Notes: generated from the sequence alone by a model not told the origin. Numbered from the stretch's first letter, positions 1 through 12,406 are shown. The stretch is 64,000 bases of DNA from Klebsormidium nitens (GCA_000708835.1 DF237425.1:10003-74002); one strand, 5' to 3'. A program made the numbers and translations.

Positions 1-3000
1 AATGGGTCGCATGATCGAGCGGCCCCCCGCCAACAAGGGCGGCCAGCCGGTGATGACGGACCGCACCTCGCTGTGCGCGGCCATGCTAGAGCTTCTCGTG
101 CAAAGGTGCATTCTTTTGCCTGTGACTGGGAATCTTTAGACTTCCCAATCTGGAAGATTTGGAAGTGCTCTCCGGGAGCACCGTCTTAGCAGCTCTTGTT
201 CTGTTTTCAGGCCATGCTAGTCTTCTTCTTTTCAGGCGATTTCAGGCTACGAATCAACAAAAGTCTTGGGATTTCCTCTATCTTGCCGCATGTGAGATAG
301 TACGGTGCTCTGAACCGTTTAGACGCTTCCAATGCGCGGCCGCGCTAAAGCTTTCCTGTCGTCACCCGCTTCAGCACCTCCCTTTTCAACTTCCTGTTTG
401 TTTGTGATGGTGACCAAGTAAGTGAGTCTCACCACCCTTCAAGACTGGAGCCTTTTGTCAGAGTCCATGACTGCGCTTCTGGGGGATGGGTCTTCCTGCT
501 CTCGCTGCACCGTTTGGATGAGAAGGAGGCACACACCGGTTGCAATATGCGTCCAACATTAAAAAGGAGGAAAGACCGCAACAAAGAGAGAACCCAACAA
601 CTTCAGCAAACCTGTTTTCTTGTTATAGGCACCGCAAGTCCGTCCTCCTTTACCTCGACTTCCTCCATAAGTGCACCGGCGTTGACTTTGATGAGCTCAC
701 CGTCGCCTTCTCGAACACTAGGATGCCCCGGCCGCAAACGGGCTCCGTTTCTCCAGCGATAACCAGCCAACTACTAGAAGCTGAACTTTTCATTTGTCTC
801 TTGTACAGGCACGGCAAATCCGGTCTCCTGTCTCTACACTTCCTCCATAAGTGTACCGGCGTTGACCTTGATAAGCGCATCGTCACCTTTTCGGACGTCC
901 AAGAACACGAGGATATCCACAATGGGGGGCTCAAAATGCCCGGTAATAAGGCCCCCGAGAAGCCGTCCCAGTCTGTGGCTACTTACGACTTGCTGGTCGG
1001 GGCGGACGGCGTGCGGTCGGTAGTGCGAGCGGCGTTCATGCAGCATCTGAGGAGGTGGGTCAAGGGACTCCTTATTACTTCTTTCAGGAAAATGTGGGAC
1101 GGAAAAGCTTGCCAGGGTTGGTGACGACTTGCCTTTCAGTTTTGCTAGTCTAATTAGAAAGCAAAGACTCGGATATGCTCACGTCTTCAACTGTCAGATG
1201 ACAAGGCTGGTCGATATCAGTTGACTGTGCGTTGCCGGGATGACTCGCTGCCGACATACGGTCAATGCGCCCGACCCTAAGTATTTAACCTGACGTCTTT
1301 ATAAGCTCGAACGCTGCGCCTAATGACCGAGACCTTAAGTCTAAGCAATCTGCGCTCTTCCCCGACCTTGGCTTGTGACTACAAAGCTGGGCAATCTTGG
1401 CTCCGTAGTGACAACCCGCCAGCATTTCTCGACGCCCGCGGCCCCGTTGGGAAGCTCGAATGTTAACAGCCTGGAGCCCTGAAGCCAAACCCTGAGATTG
1501 TGGATAGCTTGAGATAGTCCTTTGCGCAGTTTCGACTACTGAGCAGCGCGCTCTTGGCTCCATTTCGATTGCCTTGTCGATGCCTACGAGTCCCTCAGAA
1601 CCTTGGAACCATCAAAAGGCTGGAGTCACGAACTTTGATGACCAGAAGCGTGTTCTCTCAAACAACCTCCTAGGGCTTTTTCTGTCGATATCGTCGACGG
1701 TTGCGCGGTCTTATCTTTATTGTCCTCGCCATCTGATACGCACAGATGCATATAATTCTAAGAATTCCGAACCTCTGCAACGTTTGATCCAAAGCCGTGA
1801 AGTCCTCGCACTTCGATTATGAGCCGCGCGGTCTTGGCACCGAGGTCATCTACCCCAGATTCTACCGATTCCACCCGTGCTTGCAATCCCTTCGCATCCC
1901 GAGAATTTTGACTCCATGCATTCCAAAATCAGTGGGTTCAAACCCTCAACAATCCAAGCCTGTTTCTGAACAGTACTATCCCCATGCAGTTTCGACTACG
2001 AGCAGCGCGATCTTGGCTCCGAGTTGATCATCGCCAACATTCCGCCCATGCCGGCCGTTCCGCGGGACGTGGTCGTCATGATCGGCGGAAAGAAGGGCGG
2101 CCTCGGCGGACTCATGCTCCCCAGCGCGCTCTCGTAAGTCGTCTTCTCGCAGAAGTGTGGAAAAGATGTGCTTTTTTTAGTCAAGCGGTCTGAGAGAGTT
2201 TTGGTTTTGAAGTAAATGCATCTTCTGAAGAGAGCAGTCTGCAACGAGGCAGGTCGGCTCCTCTGCAAGATTTCTGTGAGGTTAAGAGATGGGAATTGGG
2301 TGCACAGCTAACCAGACAATTAACCCGGGTCCCAAAATGGAAGTTTCCGTGCTCCCCTGCTAGAGAGGAAGGCCGGAAGTCGTACCTCCCTCAAAGGCGG
2401 GCGGGTCTCCGACGGTCCGGTTAGCGGTGACCATCCTCGAAACCCAGGCTTGGCAATCTCTACAGCAGTCCTTTCGTCTCTGGTTTTGAAGCGCCGTCAG
2501 GAAATTCAAGGGCGGCTTCGGCGAACCCACGTCTTCGAGCGCCCGCGCGCCGTTCTTCTTTCAGATCTGACTCCTCGCTTTCTCAAGGCTTGCGTAGATT
2601 TACTCTCCAAGTTTTGAGTCTGCGCCTGAGTTCCTTGCTTCTTACAATATTCTTATTCAGTCCGCTTCGAATGGGATTTTGGGGCGGTTTCTGCACCGGA
2701 GGTATAACGTCGTGGGTTCGCGAAGCCATCCCTGAGATTCAGGTTTCCATAACCAACAAGGACACAATCGCTTGAAACCCCTAGATCTGAGAATGCTACA
2801 AAGCAATTTATGCGACGCAGGCCCTGACATGTCACTCCTTCCCTCATTTCGGAATCTCATTGCAGCTTCATTCGACAGTGGCGGCTGGACCCTTCATCCT
2901 CTACCACCAATAATGTGTTCCTTCTCGAAATTTTGGTTTCTTAACGTGCTTTGAAACAAACTCGATTCTTTTCAAAATAAACGAAAGTTTTTTGATCCCT

Positions 3001-6000
3001 TAAGAGACCGTCTTGGAATGCTTCGGACCCTGAAAGTCAGAAACTCTCAAAACGCCCAAAGGCAAGCCCGACGGCAAGACCTCGATCCGCATGATCTCAA
3101 GTCGCAGGACGTCGCTTGACCCGCAACTCTTTTCGCCTTCAGAAATGCGCAGTCGCTCGTTTCCAAAACCCTAAACTCTAAATCCTCAACGCTAAGATCT
3201 TAAAACCCAAAAACCCCCCCAAATGCAGGCCCCACGGCAAGACGTCGGCGGACGGCGCGTGGCCGGCAGAGTGGTTCGCCCAGAAAGCGTACACTTTTCT
3301 GACCCCAAGCTGTCAAACCCTATCTTATTAAATTTCAAGGTCCAAATGCAGCCCCGGCGGCGAGACGTCGATGTGCCTGATCCTCTAGTGCCATGAGGGC
3401 GGGCAGCCGGCAGAGAGATTCAGTCAAAAAGCGTGCAATCGGCTGACCCGAAATTTCCAAACCCAGAGTTCCTAAGAATCTCGAAGCTCGAAATGCAGGC
3501 CCGACGGCGATGTGCCTGATCCTCAAGTGGTCGGACGGTGCGAGGCCAGCGGAATCATTCGCCGAAAAGCGTGCAACTTCTTAACCCGGAATCCAGATAA
3601 TGCAAAACCCGAACATTTCAAAACCTCAAAACCCTGAACGCAGGCCCGACGGCGAGACGTCGATGTGCCTGATCCTCATGTGGGCGGACGGCGCTCGACC
3701 CGCATGTCAACCAGAGAATGCCCAAAAACCTTGACCCTAAAGACCCTGAACCCTAATTCTAAATCCAAAAACTTCGAATGCAGGCCCGATGGCGAGACGT
3801 CGATGTGCCTAATCCTCAAGTGGGCGGACGGTGCGAGGCCGGCAGAGTGGTTCGCCCAAAAGAGCGCCGCGGATGCCAAGCGCTTTCTCGAACGGACATT
3901 TCCCTGGCTCCAGATCCCCGAGGAGGCGGCCGGAAGCCTGCTCACACAACGGCCGTCGAAGAGCATGCAGGTGGGTTCGCGATTAACGAGCTCCGATTTC
4001 GATGCTTTTGTAGTTTAGTTCCTGTTTCTTTTCTTCACAGAATGCTCGGCCAAGTCAAGCGCTTTCAGGAGAGAACCTTTCCCTGGCTTTCAGATCCCCA
4101 GGGAGGCGCACGGAGAATGGAGAGCGGCCGTCGAAGTGCATGCAGGTGGGTTTTCTATCAGTGAGCTTCGATATCGACGTTTTTAGTTTAGTCAAGTGGT
4201 TTAGAAGAGAACCTTCCCCTGGCTTTCAGACCCCCAGGGAGGCGGCCGGAAGCCTCCTTACACAACGGTCGTCGAAAAGCATGCTGGTGGGTTTGCTAAT
4301 CAAAGAGCTTCGATTTCGATGCTCTTCATCCAAAAATCCTGTTTGTTCTCTTGAAAGAACGCCCGGCCGAGTCAGGGCGCGCTTTTAGAAGAGAACCTTC
4401 CCCTGGTTTTCAAGTTCCCCGGGGAGGTGGCCGGTAGCCTCCTCAGGCAACGGCCGTCGAAGAGCATGCCGTTCAGATTGCGGTCATTGATGTTCGATGT
4501 CTTAGATTTCCACTTACGCATGTCTTCTAGACAAAGCCGGACAAAGCCGACCAACGTGAAGAGCTTGGTGGCCAGCCAATCCTCTGCAATAAGACCAAAT
4601 CTCACCGCAGTCTACGGACTCTCGTTTTGCAGATCAGTGCAGTCAGCAGCGCAACCCGGACGTAGGCGTAACTCGAAGGCTGGGGTTGACACTCTAGGAA
4701 TCATAAGGTCTCTGGAATCTCTAAGCTCCGTGAAAATTGTAGAAGCCCAGTCTAACGTAAACAAACCACCGCAACGATTTTCGGACGCTCGTTTGCAGAG
4801 CAAGTGCAGTCAGTAGCACGACTCGGACGGCGCCGCTCTGATCACGAGCTACCCTTTGGAAACGTCATCAGCTCAGCAAAGATGCTGGGCAGTCGAATCA
4901 ACAAAAATAGGTCACCGCGATGACATTTGGACGCTTATCGCGTGATTCGGACACTTAACGCAATCTTCGGACTCTCGTCTGCAGATCAAGTGCAGTCAGT
5001 ACCACGACTCGGACGGCGCGGCTGTGATCATGGGCGACGCCGCTCACGCTTCGGGCCCGAGTATCGGGCAAGGTGTAAATACGGCGTTTGGCGATGCCGC
5101 GGCTCTAGCGTCGCTGCTTCTAAAGATGGTGAGCCTCTCTTAAGCTGTCACTTTTTGCCAGTATTCATCTCTCCACCCATCCCCTGCTCTTGTTTCTTTT
5201 GCTTCTGCTTGTTTTTGCTTCATTCGATTATCATGCTGGAATATCAACGCTTCGGGTCCGGGTATCGGGCAGGGAGTGAACGCGGCTTTGGGCGATGCCG
5301 CTGCTCTAGCGTCGCTGCTTCTAAAGATGGTGAGCGGCTCTGAGGGCTGCCAGTTTCTGCATTCCCTTTCCTCTTATCCCTGTCTTATAGTCCCTCTTGC
5401 ATCTCCGTGTCCCCATCTCACTTCGTCTGCGCCACTGCCCCTAGAGTCGGTAAGCAGCTCACACAAGCTCTGAGGCTGTCACTCTCTTTCTATCTTCCTC
5501 TGCATTCTGTTCCCGCTCCTCTAGAGTAACTTCTTTCTTTGCTCTCTCGTTGCTTCGTGATCTGGTTTCACATTGAGTTTTAGCTGAGAGCGTTGACGTT
5601 TTCTCCTCTACGGACCCTGCTGCCTTCAACACAGAGTTTTCGATGCTTACTAGCAGACACTAGAACACGCAAAAGCAGTCTCACTTGTTCGAAACGTAGT
5701 CTTCTGGCTTCCTTTCTGTAGGGCTCTGCGCTCGACGATGTCACCGCACAACTCACTCAATGCATGGCCAAATGTGGCTGTCAGACAAGACCTTTCAAGA
5801 CCTGCGTAGCTGTCCATGCAGTCTCGCCATCCTCCCAAGCCCAGTCAGGATTTAGGGTTTCAAATCGCAAAACCATGAAATCCGACAAAAGTGGTCATGT
5901 CTCAAGATGCCGACGTTGAAAGGATTCCATCGCCCCCAACGTCTGTGTAAACCTCGCTCTGACCAAAACTGCGTGTGCATATCAAATTGTGGCGACACGC

Positions 6001-7829
6001 AGTCGCATTTCAAGGACGCGGTGCCACGTTTGCGGACGCTCTCGTCATGGAAGGTTTTGCTGAGGGCGGTTTGCCGGTTAACAGCCTCGCCGCTGCAAAG
6101 ATCGCTTTGGCCATCGGTTCATCCTTCTTACCTCCTCTCGTCCTGGATTGAAAAAGCTGGGTTGCGGCCAGGTGCCCCTCTCGTGTTTTATGAATTCTAG
6201 CGAGATGCCAATTGGTTTTCCCCTGTCGTTCCACTTGGACTAAGTACCCAAGCCACGTACTTACCCCAGCGTCTCGTTTTCTCGAGGACATTTTAGGGGT
6301 TGTCCGCTTCTTTGCGCTGCACGTGCTGAAGGGGTGTGTTCTCCGCTGGGAGATCATGACGTGAGCATGATGTCGTGAGTCGTACTTACCGCCATAACCA
6401 CATTCAGGGGGATCCCTTCGAGCTGCCACGGTCCTGGAGCGCATCTCCGCGTTGTGCGCACTGGATGTTAGTCATCGCTTATGGAAAGGCGACCTCAGCT
6501 TGATGTTCTAGTAATTGATGACGTCACAATCATGTGCAGGGGGATCCCTCGGAGCTGCCCGCGGTCCTGGAGCGCTTCTCCGCGCTGCGAGTGTTGGAAG
6601 GTCACGCGCTCGTCGACCTGTCCGAGAGCCAGAACCCCGCGAGCAGCGCCACGGGCACCCTTAACAGCGTCCGAGTTATCATCCAGGTTAGCGGTAACCC
6701 GTTTCCTTCACTTGGTTCATTAGTTCAATCCTGCAATGGTTCAAGGTGCGCGAGGAACCCCGCCAGCAGCGGGCACCTTGGACAGCATCCGGGTAGCATC
6801 CAGGTCAGTGGTAACCCGTCTTTTTCTCCCGCTCAAGCCTTCGTTCGTTCATTGAAAGGGACCATATGACCTGCGCATCATACCGTCTTCGTCTACGCAG
6901 GCCTCATTCTTCCAATCTACTGGCAGCGCCAAATTCGTGAGCAGGCCTCATATTTCGCATTTCCGTGCAGCGCCCAATTCGTAAACGAAAGCCTACATCT
7001 GTAAGTCTTTACCGGGCCTTCTATGCGGGCCTTGTATCCTCATGACTGACTGGACCCAAATCGTGGACGAGAGCTGACAATTGCGACCTTCATTACAGGG
7101 TCTTCTCCGTCGATTCTTTCCCAAGTGGTTCGCGGGCCCTATTATTGCGATGGCCGCCGGGCTCAAGCCGCTGACGGAGATCTACGCAATCCATAAGGTA
7201 TTATAGTTGGCATAGGCTATATTTTATTCCTCTTTTTTCGCAAGAACGACCGGTTGTGTTTTGGTGACTTTGTTTCACGATCGGATTTGAGCAATTGCGT
7301 CAAATCTGTCTCGATTGTTTTTGTCGGCGCGGCACTAAGCAAAGCGGGAGGCCCTTAGGACGACGAAAGTTCAGAGTCGACAGAGGCAAAGCCAGTCCTC
7401 ATTGCAACCGTTCAGCCAAGTTCGACGCAGGAGACTAAGACTGTCTTACCAAGTCTGGGCAGTTGACTCTTCTTCTGGCAATGTGCGCGGAAGGACGCTC
7501 TAGCATGAGGTTGGGGGCTCTGGCAGGTTCCATTAAGCACACCTTACCTTAAGCGCCCTTTCAAAATGAAAATCAATCAAATCAGAATAGTAGAGACGAG
7601 ACAGAGCGAAGGAGATAAATAGATAAGAACAGGGAAAGGAGAAGGATTGGACAGGCCTTCTGCTCTGCAGGCTGCCGTGGATTCCGTTCTCGAAGGGAAC
7701 CGGAAGCACCGGACGGCTCTCCTGGAGCGGAGACACCGGGAGAAGCTCCAGGGGCTTGAAGCGTTGTTGCCCAACGGCACTGCGTCGGGACACGTGGCAG
7801 CAGATCCGGGTCTCAAGAAGACGGCGTGA
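1..7829 (+). CDS. FAD-dependent monooxygenase (class A flavoprotein hydroxylase, kynurenine 3-monooxygenase-like); 5' part lies upstream of the window
   Basis: Exons <1-105, 809-1054, 1990-2133, 3784-3970, 4985-5128, 6540-6686, 7099-7197, 7671-7829 all join in phase with GT-AG boundaries. Translation contains the DG motif YDLLVGADGVRSVVR and the GD motif VIMGDAAHASGPSIGQGVNTAFGDA, which are diagnostic of class A flavin monooxygenases. TGA at 7827-7829. Confidence 0.88.
3061..4476 (+). repeat. Tandem degenerate copies of the 5' half (x5) and 3' half (x3) of monooxygenase exon 3784-3970
   Basis: Upstream copies begin near 3061, 3221, 3343, 3491, 3638 (core TGCAGGCCCGACGGCGAGACGTCGATGTGCCTGATCCTC). 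Downstream copies begin near 4045, 4201, 4377 (core CCCTGGCT..CAGA.CCCC.GGGAGGCGGCCGG...CGGCCGTCGAAGAGCATGC). Confidence 0.9.
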
Positions 7830-9157
7830 CGATGTTGCGTTGTCGGGTCCCAGGAATTGGCTTGCGTGCTATGCGTTGCAGTGCGTAGACTTTACGCTCA
7901 CTGGATATGCCTGCTGATCGCTACACTTCCGTACATAGATAAAGATATCCTGCGTCCTACTCCTCCGTTTTGTAAGTTTAGAACTTTGAATAGGATCACC
8001 GTCGTCTGTACAGATCCCTTGCAAATCCTGCTTTTGCTCGCGAGCGGCCTTGAGCTCTAGCACTGGTCCTGAACATCAAAAACAAAGCTGCGTGTCGATA
8101 GTCTTTGCGTAAGTAAGACATTACCAATCTACCTAACTCGCTCGCGTGATGTCTGCAAAATGGAGTCCAGCTACACCGCAAGATCGGTACGTGTCATGCA
8201 GAACGATGGCTACAGTAGGTTTGGACGTTTACTCTGAAATGCCATAGGGCGGGGGTGACGGTGTAAAGAGCTTCCGACGCGGCGACAGCTACAAATGAAT
8301 CCCGGCGGCCCACGTACGAGATCTCTTTCCGTTTCAAAAGGAACTTGCAACTTTTGACGGCTGCAATGCATCGAGCTCCTTGCATGATTCATCAAGAGTA
8401 GATTGCGGCCGCCGCGCGCGGCCGGCTGATCATCGTTAAGTTCGATCCGACCGTCACGTTGGCGGCCGCCCTGAACTGGCGGCCGCGTCGCGGCTCGATC
8501 ATGGGCAGCACAGGATATGTTCAAGTTACGTACGGTACGGACTCGATTTGTGTGCATGTCATTTGGGATCCGGTAATTGCAAACATTTTTTAGTCTCTGC
8601 ACCTTATTTGCGGGACATGCAGCTGGATCGAACTCACTTATAGCGGCTCTTGTACGGTATGTATATCATGCAGTCAAAGGAGCGTTGATTTGATCCGATC
8701 CGTGATTCTGGCAGGCCGGGCCTCCAATTTAGACTCTGGATCATGGTATTGCCGCGCGCCAGCGTTCATGGGCTCGAAGCACATGATGGGCTGACTCAAT
8801 CGAACCTAAGCGTATATAGCAGAATTGAGTTGCATGTAAAGCTTCCTCGATCCGGTGCAATCATTTCTGAGGGTTTCAACTGCATGATGAGTTCCCCGAG
8901 GACGTAAACACGTTATCCGACAGAACTGAGTCTTCAGCGTGCCTTGCCAGCCGTCTTCGTATGAAAGTGCTCAGGCCACATCTGTTCAAAGTCACGTACG
9001 GTGAGCGACTGAGTCTCTTCTCATGAAAGATCAGAGTACCAGACGCAAGCCCTCTAGGTCAACAGCCTCTGTGACTAGCTCGGCCAACCGAAGCTGAAGG
9101 GCCCTCAGAAAAGGCTCCGTCAGATATCTCTCCGTCGTTAAGTGGCCACGTCATCCG

Positions 9158-11294
9158 TCAAGCTGCCGCCACGTTGATAAGCTCCAAATTCGGCCTGGCC
9201 CCGTGCGCCTCAGAATCTGATCGCCCCTCTCTAGTTTTTTCTACGGACGCGAGCTTGGCCTTTACGTATGGTATGTAAAATTCGCCTAGCCGGTCGCGGA
9301 CGTCCGGCAGCAGGTAGTCGCTCCAGCGGATGATCCCCCGGCAGCGAGCGGAGCCGCAGCAACATTTCAAGGGGGGCTGCAGGGGCGAACTAGAGCGGTG
9401 TGAATGAGGGTAACAAAGCGGACTGTCTTCTTAAAATTTCAAACCTGAGTTACAGCACGAGCGGTCGAATAGCGTACCAGGTAGCTGTCGCTCCAGAGGA
9501 TGATCCCCCGGCAGCGAGCGGAGCCGCATCAACACTCAATCACAGACAAGAACTCTCATTTATCATTACACAAGGGTGCCAGAACGTGTCAGTGTTAAGG
9601 CTCTTAGAGGGGGCTGCAGTAGAACTAGAGCCGGGTGGAAACTTAGGGAATCAAGTTCCTCTTAAGCGGAGCACAGGGTAGATTACACTGTTTTGCTAGA
9701 GACTCGGGCGACTTGTGCGGTTTGGGAAAAGGCCTGCCAGACTTGTTTGGCCTAGGAGCCCTTCTCTGTAAACGCCGAAAATTTCCAGGTCCAAGGAAAT
9801 GTGCATAGTTCCATAAGGAGGACTTATTGGACCCGTACTTAAGCCCGACGTCAGGAGGCGACAGCAAGGCATGCATCTCGGTCACATCGTCGCCTAGAAA
9901 TGCGGTATTAGCCGCATGCCTCAGCACGTACTAGTACTGCTTGTAGTGGCCGGTTGACGACGTCAAGTAGACGCCGTCTTTAAAGCGCCTACATATTTGA
10001 TGACGCCATCTTTAGGCGCCTACGAGGTTTGATGACGCCATCTTCAGGCGCCTTTGGGATTTGATGACACCCTCTTCAGTTGCCTACGAAGTCTGATGAC
10101 GCACATACGAGTCTTTGCTTACGTGGATATCCCACGTCTCGGAAGTGGCGTAGTCGAACGTCAGCTCTTCGCCTGCCTGGATGTCGCGAGTGGCCGCCAT
10201 TTCGAAAGTTGACACCCAGCCGATGTTCGGATCGCAGTTATGGTTCGTAAAGACGTTCCCGTCCCGCCACACGTCGGCCTCAGTGGGGGGGCCAATGAAC
10301 TCAGTTTCGCTAACCTGCGAAACGAAGTGAAGTTTGAGCCGTAGAAATTTGATTGTAACCCCAGTGGATCTGAAATGATGACGTGGGCAGGGACTGGCGG
10401 GTTCTCTATTGTATGGCCGAATGGAAAGACCGTGACAGATTGCCGTGTTCGGAATTTCTCTATCCTCAAAATTCTGAAGCCGTCGCACTGTGCGGCTGAT
10501 GTTCAACAAGACTTCTACGCCTCCCTCAAAAGAAGTCGGGGCTTGGGAACAGAGGCTGTCACGAGGACTGGAACACGTTCAAAGGATTCACGGCGATACG
10601 CTTCCCTCTCTGAGAAAGGACGCTCGAAATCTTCGTCGAACAAACTGTCCGTTGTCAAGAAGCAGCGATGCTCATTGGCTCAATAAGGTTGAAAAACACT
10701 GCGGCGAGTCAACAGAGTCTAAGATTCTGGCGGCCCCTAGACGTACTCAGTTAAATTGCCGTTGCAGGAGGCAACCTTACCTCTCGAAACAAAGCAGGAG
10801 GCCAAGAAACTGACTGGAATGGCGACCAGACGAGAATCTCAAATGGAACCGGAGAAGACGATCAAAGACCGAAATGCAGATCGGAAAAGATACGGGAAAG
10901 ATAAACAACGAACGCAAATGCTTACCTGATAAAAGTAGTGGAACACGTGCTCTTGTTGCTCTCGGCTCATTGCTTGAATGGCTGCCGTAGTAATTGTCAC
11001 GCTAATCGCGCTTGGACCTTTCCATACAGTTTCTCCTTTTTCGATAGCGCCCCTGGCCACCAGCCCAAAGCCCTCGACGGGGGACTTTCTGCAGATGACA
11101 AAGGTACACAATTCGCATCAGCCGCAACTCTCAATTACAGCTTAGTTGAAGTCAGGACAACGTGCAAACTGCAGATCAGAAACTGGAACGGGGGCTCGAG
11201 AGGTACGGGCTGATGCTAAGGTTAGGGACGCCGGCGCGGCTTGTGGGCGCTCATTTCTAAATCCATTCGTCTCGGCCCTCAGCGTTCCAAGCAT
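9158..11294 (-). CDS. Small SET + post-SET domain protein (putative lysine methyltransferase), paralogue 1
   Basis: Exons 11088-10926 (KSPVEGFGLVARGAIEKGETVW), 10314-10123 (FTNHNCDPN...AATRDIQAGEELTFDYATSE) and 9376-9158 (CCCGSARCRG post-SET, then DYLLPDVRDRLGEFYIPYV). The start is uncertain: an ATG at 11294 is a candidate but its junction to 11088 is unresolved. Confidence 0.85.
9975..10105. repeat. Intronic minisatellite, about 32-bp unit, 4-5 copies
   Basis: TGATGACGCCATCTTTAGGCGCCTACGAGGTT-like units lie head-to-tail just beyond the donor of SET1 exon 10314-10123. Confidence 0.8.
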
Positions 11295-12406
11295 GTTGGC
11301 GTGTTTCTGTCAAAGTCAGTTGAGGCTGGCCTCTAACAGGGATGACAGCCAAAGTTCGGCAATAATCTGTCTGTGTCTGTCCCGCTCTTGTGAGCTCTCG
11401 GTGGAGCTGAAAGAAACTGTGACGACTTGCTAGGAGCACAGAAATGAAAATGTCTGTTCCCTCATAATTCCTGACCTTTCTGAACCTCTTTCGCAAAGTC
11501 TGTCAAAGACAAATCATTGCAGCTAGCAGCCAGCTCGGGTACACGTAAACAAAAGAAATCTGAACCAGTTGCAGTGAATACGGTTCCAGACGTGGGATTG
11601 TCCACATGTGTTCGACCCGGGCTTTGCTCTTCACTCAGCAGATTAGCTCTTCCCTGAAGGGTTAGCGCAGTTGAGCACTTAAAAGAGCACTGGACCTTTA
11701 ACATTTAAAGAGCTCCCAATCTCGTCGATACGGACTCCGTCATTCCCTGATGGTCTGTGGCCTTTCCTTACCGAAGATACACCTTCTCGTTGACTCCTGG
11801 CAAGGGAATACTGCTGGCGTTAGGAGGGCTGCTGCCGCATGTCGTAGGATGATTCGCCTGTAGTGTAGAAGTGTCACAAAGTATCCCTGAGCTGCTGCCT
11901 TTAGATTGATAGGTGTAGCCTCTAAGCTAGCCAGAAGATAATGCGTAAGTACGTGCAACCTTCAGGGGACGTCTCGAGTTTCTTGACAAGCCTAGGAGGT
12001 TTCAGATGTGTGAAACCTTCTAAGAGACTTTGGTATTGGCCGCTTTCAAGCCAGAGTACATTGGTCTCAAGCTGCCAGCTTAGCCATGCGTGGACCTTCA
12101 GAGGAGGAGCAGGAAACGTGACCATTGAAAGTGAAGCACCAAACTCTGGACACGTCGCATGTCCGTTTTCAGCAGCCCTTCGTCCGTTGAAAAGTCCTCA
12201 GAGCTTGTTTGCACAGGAGATCCCCCTCATTTGCACACAAGCGTGGACCAGTTGAGTAACTCGCTGCGGACTGTGCCAGATATGTGCCGAGAGTCAGCAT
12301 ATGGAGGTCTACCAACGTCCAGTCAACTGAACCCAAAAGATTGTGTCCTGATGCAAAGGAACAATGTTTGTGACTTCCAAGCAAGCTTACTAAAAAAGCA
12401 ACTCAC

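Noticed and set aside
2320-2345. Similarity of CCCGGGTCCCAAAATGG to CCCGGGACCAAAATGG at about 60323
   Set aside because: The match does not extend; compatible with chance.
3160-3775. True telomere or chromosome-fusion site
   Set aside because: Only short degenerate 7-mers interleaved with exon copies; no long perfect array.
3061-4476. Echo copies as a Dscam-like array of mutually exclusive exons
   Set aside because: Each copy is only a half exon with one splice site, and many have indels or lost AG/GT, so they cannot substitute for the exon.
9975-10105. CRISPR-like or C/D snoRNA reading of the 32-bp repeat (TGATGA resembles box C)
   Set aside because: Units are contiguous with no unique spacers, there are no cas genes, the context is a eukaryotic intron, and no paired box D or terminal stem was seen on the transcribed strand.
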